Part shown: piece after piece, positions 50,401 to 60,973 of the stretch
Numbering within the stretch: position 1 is the stretch's first letter
How the letters are laid out: every line of letters begins with the position of its first letter
Source: an uncultured Clostridia bacterium
GTDB lineage: Bacteria > Bacillota > Clostridia > JAAYHZ01
Length of the DNA: 64,000 nucleotides
Reading direction: 5' to 3'
Assembly: GCA_937894465.1 (NCBI GenBank)
Contig: CALCRE010000299.1
Span: 1,244-65,243, forward strand
The notes under the pieces: model-generated
What the model was told of the DNA's origin: nothing
The model's input: the letters and a program-made list of their open reading frames with translations, nothing else
Database searches by the model: none
Translations under genes and position numbers: made by a program

Positions 50401-51225
50401 TCATATTTTTAATTGATAAACTGTTTTTGATTGCCTGTTTTTCTCTGTTGAGACATGCCATAAAAAGTAACATAAAGCCGTTGGAAAATAGAAAATGGCA
50501 TATAAAGTAACCAAATCCGGCATGGATCCTGTAAAAAATTGCCCTAAGAGGTTGAAGATAAAATGGATCCATATGGGAACGAATAAATTCTTACAATGAA
50601 AATAGCAAATCCCAATGATACATCCTACAGATGTAATACTAATGACAAACACAATAATGTATTGTATAAGTTCTCTACCATGGTAGCCTGTTCCTAGGAA
50701 CCATATGGGAGCATGCCAAAAAGCCCAGATCACGCTTACGATTAATGTGCTTTTCACAATGCCATGTTTTTTTTCAATTGCAGGTAATAAATAGCCTCTC
50801 CATCCCGTCTCTTCTCCGGCCGGACCTTGGATCGGTATAAAGAGAAGAGCCAAGACCACTGTAGGCAGGGAAAAGTCAAGAAAGCTTACGATCGGTTGCT
50901 TCCTTTGAATGGATATCACTAAAACACAAGCAATGAAAATGAACACTTGGATAACGGTAGTTGTTGTCAATAGAGAAAGATTCAATTTCCTTCTAAAAAC
51001 TTCTTTGTAATAATCTTTAACGGTTAAAGTCGGATAGAGCTTTTTAAACATCAGTAGGAAAACATAAGTCGGCGTCCATGCCACTACTGCTGTTAAACAT
51101 CTCATTACCAACGGTGTGCCGGATAATAATGTTGTAGCAATCCCGCCTAGTATAAGCATTAACAACACAAATAACACAAAGGTATAAACAACATACTGTA
51201 TGATGGTTTTATTCTGTTTCTCCAT
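50401..51225 (-). CDS. CPBP-family intramembrane glutamic endopeptidase (CAAX protease/Abi)
   Basis: PAGEETGWRGYL (EExxxR), WAFWHAP (FxxxH) and HFIFN motifs. Confidence 0.75.
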   Translation of the reverse strand: MEKQNKTIIQYVVYTFVLFVLLMLILGGIATTLLSGTPLVMRCLTAVVAWTPTYVFLLMFKKLYPTLTVKDYYKEVFRRKLNLSLLTTTTVIQVFIFIACVLVISIQRKQPIVSFLDFSLPTVVLALLFIPIQGPAGEETGWRGYLLPAIEKKHGIVKSTLIVSVIWAFWHAPIWFLGTGYHGRELIQYIIVFVISITSVGCIIGICYFHCKNLFVPIWIHFIFNLLGQFFTGSMPDLVTLYAIFYFPTALCYFLWHVSTEKNRQSKTVYQLKI

Positions 51226-52219
51226 TTTTTTGTTCTCCTTTCACTATAAAATCGATCCCATCATTTGCGTCCTTGTTTACGCTCCTTCTCATAGATAAGA
51301 GTACGGGATCAAAATATTTTCTCCAGAACTTATTGGCCAATAAATTAGCCGTTTCAAAATCCACATGCACATACTTGATACCATTTTTATCGCAGATATC
51401 AAACACATTATTTAGCAGTGCTTTACCAATCTGCCTGCACCGGTATTCAGGGTTGATATAAGCACCTATTTCATCTATCAACCCACTGTTTTTTACAGAT
51501 AAATCTATCACATTATCATTTTGCGATATACTCACATTGATAAATCCCACAGTTTTGTTCTCTTCCACCGCTAAGTATATATGACCTTCCTTAATGAAGT
51601 TTGACAGGTCATCTCTAGAATATGGTTCTCTTTTTAGAAATAAAGGAGCTGATCGATAGAATTCTCTTGATTCTTCTATCAAACGATATAGATCTTCCAT
51701 ATCAACCAATCCCGCTCTTTTAATACTACAAGTAGATTCAAAATTCAGTACTTTCTTTGCATTGGCAAATGCATCGATTAAATATGAACCGAATCCTAAG
51801 TCAAATAGAATACTCCTTAGTTTAATATCGTTATAATGAATTGTCCACATGTTGTTAAAAATGTTCCGACCCACCCACTCTTTAGAAAAGTGTTGATATA
51901 AAGACGCATAGACTTCTTGCTTATGTTCTTCCACGGCAGCATGAGCAATAGCGGGGCAAAATACCGATTTTTCTCCATGAAAAGGAAATTCATCATAGGC
52001 CAAATACCCTAACACTCCACAATGGGACTTTGCGACAATCGCAGCATTTGCTTTAACTTTCCGGATTAAAAAGTTAAATATTGCCGTGGAATCATTTAAC
52101 CAAAAATCAGGAAATGAATCTACATTGCTGCAATACTTTTTCGTTTGTTCTCTCCAAATACCGATGGCATCCGGAATATCCGACTCTTGCATCTTATGTA
52201 TGGTATACTGATCAATCAT
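51209..52219 (-). CDS. GNAT-family N-acetyltransferase (two-lobed)
   Basis: C-terminal EYRCRQIGKALL acetyl-CoA binding motif. Confidence 0.6.
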   Translation of the reverse strand: MIDQYTIHKMQESDIPDAIGIWREQTKKYCSNVDSFPDFWLNDSTAIFNFLIRKVKANAAIVAKSHCGVLGYLAYDEFPFHGEKSVFCPAIAHAAVEEHKQEVYASLYQHFSKEWVGRNIFNNMWTIHYNDIKLRSILFDLGFGSYLIDAFANAKKVLNFESTCSIKRAGLVDMEDLYRLIEESREFYRSAPLFLKREPYSRDDLSNFIKEGHIYLAVEENKTVGFINVSISQNDNVIDLSVKNSGLIDEIGAYINPEYRCRQIGKALLNNVFDICDKNGIKYVHVDFETANLLANKFWRKYFDPVLLSMRRSVNKDANDGIDFIVKGEQKNGETE

Positions 52220-52241
52220 ATATATCCTCCATAATTCCTCC

Positions 52242-52490
52242 TTATTGCCTTATTTTCTTATAGCACTGATATCCAAAAAACAATCCTGTTGCAATAAGAA
52301 ATACCGCTGCTGTGTTAATACCGGAAAAATTTATGTGATAATCTTTAGCACTATAACTGCCTGCCATGGCGGCCTGAAATGCAGCTCGACCGATCACAGG
52401 CATCACCTTATTAATAATTGCAGTTTTCAACAATGTACCGACTCCGGTTACAACAAGTATTCCGGAAAAAGTTAAACCAATTTTATACAT
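52242..52490 (-). CDS. small (~82 aa) hydrophobic membrane protein, paralogue of 56877..57119
   Basis: MYKIGLTFSGILVVTG...AAFQAAMAGSYSAKDYHINF versus MNKIGFTFSGIFVITG...VAFQFAMAGSYSPNEYHINF; AGGAGG RBS. Confidence 0.5.
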   Translation of the reverse strand: MYKIGLTFSGILVVTGVGTLLKTAIINKVMPVIGRAAFQAAMAGSYSAKDYHINFSGINTAAVFLIATGLFFGYQCYKKIRQ

Positions 52491-52506
52491 TAGATTATTC
52501 CTCCTT

Positions 52507-53373
52507 TTAATAGTTCGGATCGAATTCGACAATAACATTTTTTGCATCGAAATAAATGAGATCTCCATCGTCGTAATGCCAAATTGCTTGAAAAGCGGTA
52601 GGCTTTCGAATTCCATTCACTTCCTCGTATTCATTGAAAACGACGGACCATCTTATATTTTCCCCGGTACCATCTGTATCGGTAGCCACTCTGTCATCGG
52701 TTGTAAACGAAAGCATTTCACCATTTTCTCGAAATGTAAAGATACCGCTTAACATACAGTCGTAATAATCAATAGTCGCTTTTGCATGTAACGAATCGAT
52801 TTCTTCCCATTTAATGTAGTCTTGTAATGCAACATTAGGGAGCATAAGACACTCTGATAAAAAAGTGACTAAGCTTGCTTGATCCATCGTCTCTCCTGTT
52901 TGATGAAATAAAGTGAAAAGCTTTGCTAGTACTCCTTTCATTGACCCTTTCCCGGCTACAAATGTGTCTAGACCTTCGAATGGTATCCCATACATAGAGC
53001 TGTCAATATAAGCAATACGGCTCGGTTCATTTACAAAATTGTATTGTATATAATCTATCATAATGTCAGGCTTTTCTTTATTGAATCGAAAATCTACATC
53101 CGTATACACTGCTTTCATAGCTTGCATTTTAGGTGTACCTATGTAACCGCAATATTGAAAATACTTCTTAACGGGAACCGGAAGACGCGACACTTCTGCT
53201 TCGGTAAAAACATCTGAACTTTTTGATGTTAAAACTAAAATATCGTTTTTGAGCGTAGTGAATTCCCGATGTGTTTTAGAATTTGGGGCGGTAAAAAATA
53301 CGATAAGGCTTCCTGCTAAGCAGAGTAATATACCAATAATCATCAATCTAACCTTTATACCTTTCGTTCCCAT
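52507..53373 (-). CDS. membrane-anchored hypothetical protein
   Basis: N-terminal TM segment; 288 aa. Confidence 0.4.
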   Translation of the reverse strand: MGTKGIKVRLMIIGILLCLAGSLIVFFTAPNSKTHREFTTLKNDILVLTSKSSDVFTEAEVSRLPVPVKKYFQYCGYIGTPKMQAMKAVYTDVDFRFNKEKPDIMIDYIQYNFVNEPSRIAYIDSSMYGIPFEGLDTFVAGKGSMKGVLAKLFTLFHQTGETMDQASLVTFLSECLMLPNVALQDYIKWEEIDSLHAKATIDYYDCMLSGIFTFRENGEMLSFTTDDRVATDTDGTGENIRWSVVFNEYEEVNGIRKPTAFQAIWHYDDGDLIYFDAKNVIVEFDPNY

Positions 53374-53385
53374 AAACCCATACTC

Positions 53386-53682
53386 CTAATCACTCACAAT
53401 CCAGCTATCTTTCATGTCATCCGCAGAAATCAACGATTCATTGGCATTGTTTTCGATTTTTTTCATCCCGCAGCTTTCACCTTGGTAAAATAGAGTACTC
53501 AATCCGATACAACCGAATATTAATACCATAATCACAAGATCCTTCAGGGTACTTTTACCGCCCAAACCGGTTTTCCTCATAGAGGTCCGAAGATAGGCCT
53601 CATCCACCTTTTCAATACCACAATATTTTCTGACACTATCATATGAATTTCTATTATTTTTTTCATAATAGCTTTTATACAT
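53386..53682 (-). CDS. small membrane protein (hypothetical)
   Basis: 98-aa ORF with one TM segment. Confidence 0.3.
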   Translation of the reverse strand: MYKSYYEKNNRNSYDSVRKYCGIEKVDEAYLRTSMRKTGLGGKSTLKDLVIMVLIFGCIGLSTLFYQGESCGMKKIENNANESLISADDMKDSWIVSD

Positions 53683-53684
53683 AA

Positions 53685-54305
53685 TTATTCTCCTTTGGCT
53701 ATTTTAAGCACCGTTTCATTTACAAAATGTTCGATCAATCTATTTCTATGTTCATCATCTATGCCATTCTCAACGATAAGCTTGATCACTAAACCCATGG
53801 TAGAAACTATAATACATTGCGCAATGATCTCGCATTTATCGTCATCAACATTAATATCTTTGTTTATTTGTTTTACACACTGTTGTAATGCTCCAATAAT
53901 AGGTTTATTCTCTGATGCTCCTTTATACAACATGGAAGTATGTTTGATAACCTTTGGAGATTTAGACAACTGCGCAGACATATACTCATCCGGCATTTTT
54001 AATGCAACATCGATATAGTTCCTTGTCATGTCTTTTAAATGACCTTCCGGAGTATCGCTTGTACTGTTAGCACATGTGATCGCTTGAACTATCTTTCGGT
54101 AACCTCTTTGCATTAAATAATAGATTATTTCATCCTTATCAACAAAATAATGATAAATAATTGTGGGTGAGTACTCGATTTTATTTGCAATCTTTCTAAT
54201 TGAAAGATTTTCATATCCTTCTTCTCTTACGATGGCAGATGCTGCCGATAATATTTTCTCTTTCATCTCCTCTTTTTCACGTTCTCTTCTTTCTTGTAAA
54301 GCCAT
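53685..54305 (-). CDS. TetR/AcrR-family regulator
   Basis: LSIRKIANKIEYSPTIIYHYF HTH; start at MALQERR. Confidence 0.8.
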   Translation of the reverse strand: MALQERREREKEEMKEKILSAASAIVREEGYENLSIRKIANKIEYSPTIIYHYFVDKDEIIYYLMQRGYRKIVQAITCANSTSDTPEGHLKDMTRNYIDVALKMPDEYMSAQLSKSPKVIKHTSMLYKGASENKPIIGALQQCVKQINKDINVDDDKCEIIAQCIIVSTMGLVIKLIVENGIDDEHRNRLIEHFVNETVLKIAKGE

Positions 54306-54609
54306 TATTCTTTCTCCCAAACTTAACACTATTATATTATTTAACACTGTTAATTTGTAAGATAGCACTACAAATACCAATTGTCAATAAGAATTTTCTA
54401 TTGAATAAAAAATTCTTATATTATATAAAATTGTTATAAATTCATTCTCTACCATATTATTTCAGCAGTTTGGTTCCAACTGATTTACCTAAATGTCCCA
54501 TAACGTAATATTCATATTTGACTAAACAAGTACCCCATAATATAATTCAATTAGAGATCGGTACCAAACATAGTAACGGTCTGAATATGTTACATGGGAG
54601 GAAACAAAT

Positions 54610-55626
54610 TTGACTCATTTAACGATAAAAGAAATATCCAGGCTTGCAAATGTTTCGGTCAGCACTGTTTCCCGTGTACTTAACAATAAATATGATGTCA
54701 GTGAACAAACCAAGAAAAAAGTGTTGGAGATTATTAACCAATACAATTACATACCCAATTCGAACGCCAAACAGTTAAAGCAAATATGCTCCAATATTAT
54801 CTGCATCATTGTTAAAGGAACACAGAATTTGTTTCTCGAACCCATAGTGGAAGAAATACAATCTGAAATCAGTAAAACAAAATACATCCCTTTGATACAC
54901 TTCATTGATGAAAACGAAAGTGAAATCGATGAAGCTTGCCGATTAATCACTAAGAAAAAACCGGTCGGAATTATCTTTTTAGGAGGAAGCCCTTCTTTAA
55001 AAGCAGATCAGTTTAAAGATATAGGAGTACCCTGTGTTTTCGCTACCGTGTCGGCTGAAGGACTGAACTTAGATAATATATCAAGTGTCTGCATTGATGA
55101 CAAAGCCGCTGCAAAAAAAGCCGTTGATTATTTATTTGAAATGGGGCACCGTGACATCGCAATTTTAAGCGGAAGGTTGCTAGATAAGGACTCCATATTT
55201 AAAAGGTTCATGGGTGCTATGGAAAGTTATCGTGAACATGGTGTGGAATTTAATGAAAAGCACTTTATACAGTCGAAGTTCACATATGATGATGCTTATG
55301 CAGCTGTGGATCACTCCCTTAAACCGGATCAACCGAAATATACAGCGATATTTGCAATGTCCGACATTATGGCTATTGGAGCGACGAAAGCAATATTTAA
55401 TAACGGTTTATCCGTACCAAATGACATTTCCATAATCGGTTTCGACGGTATATCGTTAACTCAATATTATAACCCCACATTAGCAACCATAAAGCAGCCC
55501 TCTGTGGAAATCGCTCATAAAAGCATTGAGCTATTGATTCAAAACATTGAGAGCAATATGTCATCACATAATGTTGTTTTAGGAACAGAACTTATCAAAG
55601 GTAATTCTATAAAATGCATGTTTTGA
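54610..55626 (+). CDS. LacI-family transcriptional regulator
   Basis: MTHLTIKEISRLANVSVSTVSRVLNN HTH plus periplasmic-binding-like sugar domain. Confidence 0.85.
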   Translation: MTHLTIKEISRLANVSVSTVSRVLNNKYDVSEQTKKKVLEIINQYNYIPNSNAKQLKQICSNIICIIVKGTQNLFLEPIVEEIQSEISKTKYIPLIHFIDENESEIDEACRLITKKKPVGIIFLGGSPSLKADQFKDIGVPCVFATVSAEGLNLDNISSVCIDDKAAAKKAVDYLFEMGHRDIAILSGRLLDKDSIFKRFMGAMESYREHGVEFNEKHFIQSKFTYDDAYAAVDHSLKPDQPKYTAIFAMSDIMAIGATKAIFNNGLSVPNDISIIGFDGISLTQYYNPTLATIKQPSVEIAHKSIELLIQNIESNMSSHNVVLGTELIKGNSIKCMF

Positions 55627-55653
55627 GATTAGGAGCGAACTTCCTACACGTTG

Positions 55654-56217
55654 TTAGGTGTTTGGGCTTGTATTGTCAATGATAGTCCATTCACCGGTCC
55701 CCGGGTCCTCAGTCAGATAGAAATACTGTTCTGTATAGCCGTCATTTCTAAAGGTTTTTGTATGGTCGTACTCAACATAGTATTTTGCCCAAACCACAAC
55801 AAAATGATCTACTAGATATGAGTCTGTCCAACCCCTTGCTTCAGCAAGCTCGCTGCCGGAATACATTTCCATCACACGCTTCGTTTCGGTATAATCTACC
55901 TTTATTTCTTCGACGCGTACTATTACCGAATATTCCTTATCCATTTGATTTTCGATTGCACTTTTGACGGTTTCCGTTGGATTTGTAGATGGCTTTTGCA
56001 TCCATGGGTCAAACAACCCTAATTCGTATGCAGCAAACCCGCATAGGGCTAACAAAGCGGCGATTAGCGCAACTAAAGCAAGAACACGCCGCAGACTTCG
56101 GACTTTTTCCACTGTATTATTTGCAGAAGTCGTATTCAGAGCATTACGCTCCTTTACATCAATGATGTATGCATCATCAATCATTTCCAATGCGTCGAGA
56201 ATGTGATTGGCGTTCAT
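55654..56217 (-). CDS. putative anti-sigma factor (single TM) paired with the ECF sigma
   Basis: Start overlaps the sigma-gene stop; central TM segment; GC-rich. Confidence 0.45.
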   Translation of the reverse strand: MNANHILDALEMIDDAYIIDVKERNALNTTSANNTVEKVRSLRRVLALVALIAALLALCGFAAYELGLFDPWMQKPSTNPTETVKSAIENQMDKEYSVIVRVEEIKVDYTETKRVMEMYSGSELAEARGWTDSYLVDHFVVVWAKYYVEYDHTKTFRNDGYTEQYFYLTEDPGTGEWTIIDNTSPNT

Positions 56218-56864
56218 TGCGCTCCCTCCTGTCGTAAATGGGAAAGTAATTTTCCCCTTGTCCTATAGAGCATGGATTTTACCTTGCTGTTGCTGAAATG
56301 AAAATCCAGACTGATTTGCTCAATAGAATCCAAGTACCAATAACGGCTGAGAAAAACCTGTCGTTCAATTTCCGGCAGTTTCGAGACAAAACAGTTGAGC
56401 GTTTCCGAAAGTTCTGCAGCGATGATTTCTTCTTCTACTGTGGCGTATGATGGAACACATCCTTCAAGCTCCTCAAGGGCAAGGGCCACTTCGCCGCCAC
56501 CACGTTTATCCCTGTTTTTATCTCTCCATTTTTTCAGAGATACGCGGCGGGTAATTTTCCCAAGATATGTCCGCAGTATGGAGGGACGATGTGGCGGAAT
56601 TGAGTTCCACGCACCCAAGTATGTATCATTCACACTTTCGTTAGCATCCTCCACACTCTGAAGAATATTATTAGCGATGGCATAGCAGTATCTTCCGTAT
56701 TTTGACGCAGTTTCTGTTATGGCGCGTTCAGAGCGCGCCCAATACAAATCAACTATTCTGCCGTCTTCCAACACTTCACCCCCTATGTTCGTCTCAAGAC
56801 CTTTCACTTCTCTACTTCCCTTTTTTTCTTTGTGGTTGCACCGTGGAGTATTTTTCCATGACAA
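56214..56864 (-). CDS. ECF (sigma-70 family) RNA polymerase sigma factor
   Basis: Regions 2 and 4 (LPEIERQVFLSRYWYLDSIEQIS). Confidence 0.8.
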   Translation of the reverse strand: MSWKNTPRCNHKEKKGSREVKGLETNIGGEVLEDGRIVDLYWARSERAITETASKYGRYCYAIANNILQSVEDANESVNDTYLGAWNSIPPHRPSILRTYLGKITRRVSLKKWRDKNRDKRGGGEVALALEELEGCVPSYATVEEEIIAAELSETLNCFVSKLPEIERQVFLSRYWYLDSIEQISLDFHFSNSKVKSMLYRTRGKLLSHLRQEGAQ

Positions 56865-56876
56865 AATAACTCATCA

Positions 56877-57119
56877 TTATTTCGTTTTGAAAAATTTAAA
56901 TCCTAAGGCAACGCCTACAACAACCAGACATATAGCCGCAACATTTATAGATAAAAAGTTTATGTGGTATTCATTCGGGCTATAGCTTCCTGCCATTGCA
57001 AACTGAAAAGCAACTTTCCCAATTTTTGGCATGACTAAATTGATTATCGTAGTCTGCAGTAATGTAATTATCCCTGTGATAACGAATATCCCTGAAAAAG
57101 TAAATCCAATTTTATTCAT
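56877..57119 (-). CDS. small (80 aa) hydrophobic membrane protein, paralogue of 52242..52490
   Basis: See the paralogue entry. Confidence 0.5.
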   Translation of the reverse strand: MNKIGFTFSGIFVITGIITLLQTTIINLVMPKIGKVAFQFAMAGSYSPNEYHINFLSINVAAICLVVVGVALGFKFFKTK

Positions 57120-57201
57120 AATTATTTCTTTCCTTTCATAGTTAACCGGTTAGATACTAAAAACGGATGATGTATTCGATTTTTCTGCATTTTTTTACGT
57201 G

Positions 57202-57855
57202 TTAAATGATTCCTTGAAATGCAAGTATGGACAGGATACAGGAAATAATGATTAATGAGGATACAAGAATACTCTTGACAAGCACCTTCTTGCTGTTCAT
57301 GCTTGTTTCCTCAACGATTGGCATTAAGTTTGCGCTGCGGAGCGCTTTTGAGAGCGGTTTGTAGATTAACATAACAATAGAAGCATTAAGACCACCTTTA
57401 AGTAAATTGAACGGTAAAAATACCGGAATTAATAGTTCAACAACCGCTTCTCTTGGATATCCCAAATACATTGGTGTAATCAGGTAATTCCATAAGATCA
57501 TAACGGTAGTTGTAACAAGCCATCCTGCTATTAGGCCAAGTATTGCCCCTTTATAATTGTGTTTCTTTTTGTAAATGATTGCAGCAGTACAAGCAAATGA
57601 ACAGCTTGAAATGATATTCATAAGCAGCCCGATAAACCCGGTTGTGCTTACGGTTAACATCTCTACAAAAGAAACCAATACGGATATAGTAAAGGCTGTC
57701 AACGGTCCAAATAGAAAGCCACCGATTGCGATTATAACGTCTTTAGGGTCATACTTTAAAAACAATACAATAGGGATTCGCCCAACTACCATTATCAAAT
57801 AGGCAACTGCGCTAAGCATTGCAATTACTGTGAGCTTCTTAGTTTGTGTTTGCAT
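57202..57855 (-). CDS. ECF-transporter S (substrate-binding) component-like membrane protein
   Basis: KKLTVIAMLSAVAYLIM... six-TM pattern typical of S components; start at MQTQTKK. Confidence 0.6.
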   Translation of the reverse strand: MQTQTKKLTVIAMLSAVAYLIMVVGRIPIVLFLKYDPKDVIIAIGGFLFGPLTAFTISVLVSFVEMLTVSTTGFIGLLMNIISSCSFACTAAIIYKKKHNYKGAILGLIAGWLVTTTVMILWNYLITPMYLGYPREAVVELLIPVFLPFNLLKGGLNASIVMLIYKPLSKALRSANLMPIVEETSMNSKKVLVKSILVSSLIIISCILSILAFQGII

Positions 57856-58441
57856 TGAAAAATCCTCCTCAAAAAATTGACAAATGAAAAGTATTATTAA
57901 ATCCAACAATCAGATCTCCCGGTCTCTAAAACATTTTCAAGTATAACTCCACGGCAGAATGCCCTGTCCTCAATGATATATGTATTACCCGGCAAATTCT
58001 GATATACCATTGAATACCCCCTCGTCATTGTCAAAATATGACGTATCTATCTCAGCCATACCAACTCATACTTGTTCCATTGTTATATCTAGCAGATTTC
58101 CGCTTGTATCGGAGCATTGGTCAGAAAGAGAAAGAACCATTGATGTGGTATCCTTAGCAATGTCGAGGAAATAAAATACCGGTTTTATCAACGCTCACAC
58201 AGTGGGTACATTTTTTACATATGTCATAGATGTCACCTGTTTCTACGTCATAGGCGCTTAACTTGTTTGTGGAGCTACAGTATACCATCCAACTCCATTT
58301 GGTATACCTGTGCCAAATTGTTTTTGTCTCGCAAATCAAAGTACTTTCTACTATGCGTTACGTACTGATTGCAACAATATCCGTCAATGAGTTTATGACG
58401 CTCAGTACCATCTATCTGATACAGTTATAGTCCGATGTCGC

Positions 58442-58477
58442 TTTGTAAAGCTTCCAGTCATCTGCTTCACTGCGGTA
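58442..58477. repeat. 36-bp direct repeat copy 2 (TTGTAAAGCTTCCAGTCATCTGCTTCACTGCGGTAA)
   Basis: Matches 47148..47183 with one mismatch; minus strand encodes MAGDVKGWVFYRSEADDWKLYKATSDYNCIR*. Confidence 0.6.
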
Positions 58478-59300
58478 AAATACCCAACCCTTCACGTCCC
58501 CGGCCATGAGGCGCCCGCTGCGATAATGCCTGATAAAGCTATGTTTCTGATGCGGCATTTGTGATCGGTGTTGTTATAGATGTAATTTTTGTTATACCAC
58601 AGGCCTAGAACAAAAAAGCAATAACGCCTATCAGTGGAAATATAATAAATTTTTTCATAACGAACTTCCCGTCATATAATATTAAAAATTTTTTTGGTGC
58701 AAGATAAATAAGTACCTAAGAACCCTTGGAAGGATTCTTGTAGAGTTTCTATTCCATTCTTTTTTCTTAACAGATACTCTTAATTGCTCCTCACTTACTT
58801 TTTCAGTCAAACAGTATTCATGTATACTGTCATAAATTGTTCTATCACACTTTTCAAACTCATAAAGACTTTTTAGCATGCTTACTACTCCTTTGCGATT
58901 TCTGCGCCCTACGGTTCTCAACTTTTAGGAAAACAATGTGGTAAACATATATCCTCCGCCGACGATCAAAACATTACTGAAGCTATGCGTAAGAACTGGG
59001 TGCAGAATGTTTTTGCTTCTTTTGTAAGCAATTTCTTAGATTGTTCCAAGGATGAACACATAAACGATTTGAGAATAATCAGCCTCGAAGGTTAATGGTA
59101 TCAACGACCAATTGACATTTGCAAATGCAAATAATAACGATGCAAGTATAACCTCCAAGGTAGCACTGCCTTTAATTTCAATGCTTTTCCCAAATGAAGC
59201 GGACCAGCAGAATTATTGGCAGTGCTCCGTACATCAAAGCGTTTGTATCGTTACCGTCTCTCAGCTACTTCAAGAAAGCATCAAGCACAACCCTTTTGAC

Positions 59301-59750
59301 CTATTCACCTATAAAGCCTTCCTGCCGGACTTTCCTTAACTCAAAGGTTGTTTCTACAATTATATTACTCTTCACTGCCAGCCACACCGGAGAAATGGCT
59401 TCTGCCTGCTTTATTACGTTTTCCATATCGGCACCTGTAACATCTTCAGATTCAATGCAAATATGGAAACGGATTTCTTTCAGCGTAAGTGGGTGTTCAG
59501 AGCGAATTCCTTCGGCTGAGGCTGTATAAGATGAAATGCGCTTGCCTAACCTACCTAATAGAAAAACTACAGTGGTGCTGACGCATCCGGCAAAGCTTAT
59601 GAGCAGGATCTCCAAACCGGCAAAACCATGCCCGTTTCCTAGTGGCGGTGCATAATCAAATGGAATTTCCATACTCGGGTTTGTATGGGAAATGCTTTCA
59701 AAATGTACCTTATTATCCGTTCTTTTAACTTTAACAACTAAATTCGACAT
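59301..59750 (-). CDS. OsmC/Ohr-family protein
   Basis: GNGHGFAGLEILLISFAGC motif. Confidence 0.8.
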   Translation of the reverse strand: MSNLVVKVKRTDNKVHFESISHTNPSMEIPFDYAPPLGNGHGFAGLEILLISFAGCVSTTVVFLLGRLGKRISSYTASAEGIRSEHPLTLKEIRFHICIESEDVTGADMENVIKQAEAISPVWLAVKSNIIVETTFELRKVRQEGFIGE

Positions 59751-59857
59751 AACGATTCCTCCTTAAATTGTTAAATATACCATTAAAGCAACTCGAAGAG
59801 CAATGTAAGAGCTTCCTACCATACTTTTCTTGCCGTTCTTATCTATTCTTTCGTTCG

Positions 59858-60309
59858 TTAACGTTCTACCCTGATGTTAATAAGTACTTTGCAGTAATCA
59901 TCGCCCATTAAAGTACTCTCAACAGTGATTTGTTTGTTATCAATTTTGCTGACTTCTGATAACATAGCAATCATAGGATCAAGGCACCAGCCATTACAGG
60001 GATTCGCTCCACCCATTTTTTTGATAGGGCACAGAGTTTACACGAAGTCGCTATGGCAACATAGCCGTCCTCTGTTTTTTCCACTGTCCAGTTTGCGCAG
60101 CCATAGATTTCTGAAAGTTTATAGAAGACATCTTCAACGCTTTGAATGCCTAATTGATGATTCAAATATGGCGCTGTCTGCGCTTGCCTCTCTTTTCGTC
60201 TTTCTACAATTGTCTCCAACACCTTCAGTTTCTGATAGGTGTTAACTGTCTCCGCGACGGATGCCGCATATGTGTTTTGCAACATAGTGAGTCTTTTTTC
60301 GATTTCCAT
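59858..60309 (-). pseudogene. ATC-hydrolase-like (L-2-amino-thiazoline-4-carboxylic acid hydrolase family) gene frameshifted in an A7 tract
   Basis: CKLCALSKK then A7, then the alternate frame ...GANPCNGWCLDPMIA...TVESTLMGDDYCKVLINIRVER*. Confidence 0.4.
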
Positions 60310-60412
60310 TTTAACTCTCCTTATAAATTATTTATTTTAACGTTCGTTAGCATTAAGTGAAATATAAAACGGCGTTTTGTGCCGACTTATATTGATCTAT
60401 GGTTTTCGCCAA

Positions 60413-60973
60413 TTATCCGCAGTTTTGCAGAACAATTGATATCTCTTCTCTGATCTCATCCTCAGGTAGATACCGGTTTTTTACGACAATGTTTATGATC
60501 ATCGTCTCTAGCAAATGCACTAATGTCCTCACTACAACTTTTTCATTATTAACATTTTTCATATAGGGTTTGAGAATCTTACAGTGCCTTGGCAGTATAC
60601 TCTTTTCCCACTCATCCATATGGTTCATCAGTTCCTCATCGCCGTCAAACGATAGGTAAACCTTGACGCCAAGCCGATATACTTGTTTATCGTAGTTGCT
60701 CAAGGAGTTCAAATCGTAAATGAACTTTGTATAAAAATTAATAATATTGTCAATTTTCAATAGTGATGCCTGCTTTTCTAAAAGATTAAAATACTCCTTC
60801 TTAATAATTTCATCAAACAATTCTTTTTTATTTTTATAATAATAATAGATCATAGGCAAAGAGCAATTAACATCTTTAGCGATATTACGAATCGTTGTTC
60901 CATGATAACCGTTGGTGTTGAAATGCTCAACAGCCACTTCTTTAATTTGTTCTCGTAAAGCTTTTTCTATCAT
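60413..60973 (-). CDS. TetR/AcrR-family regulator
   Basis: TTIRNIAKDVNCSLPMIYYYY HTH. Confidence 0.8.
   Translation of the reverse strand: MIEKALREQIKEVAVEHFNTNGYHGTTIRNIAKDVNCSLPMIYYYYKNKKELFDEIIKKEYFNLLEKQASLLKIDNIINFYTKFIYDLNSLSNYDKQVYRLGVKVYLSFDGDEELMNHMDEWEKSILPRHCKILKPYMKNVNNEKVVVRTLVHLLETMIINIVVKNRYLPEDEIREEISIVLQNCG

Noticed and set aside
58154-58339. 61-aa Cys-containing minus ORF upstream of the ECF S-component gene; possible riboswitch in 57.86-58.44 kb
   Set aside because: I could not recognise any riboswitch consensus (TPP/FMN/preQ1) by eye. The ORF has no RBS or support. Left unannotated.
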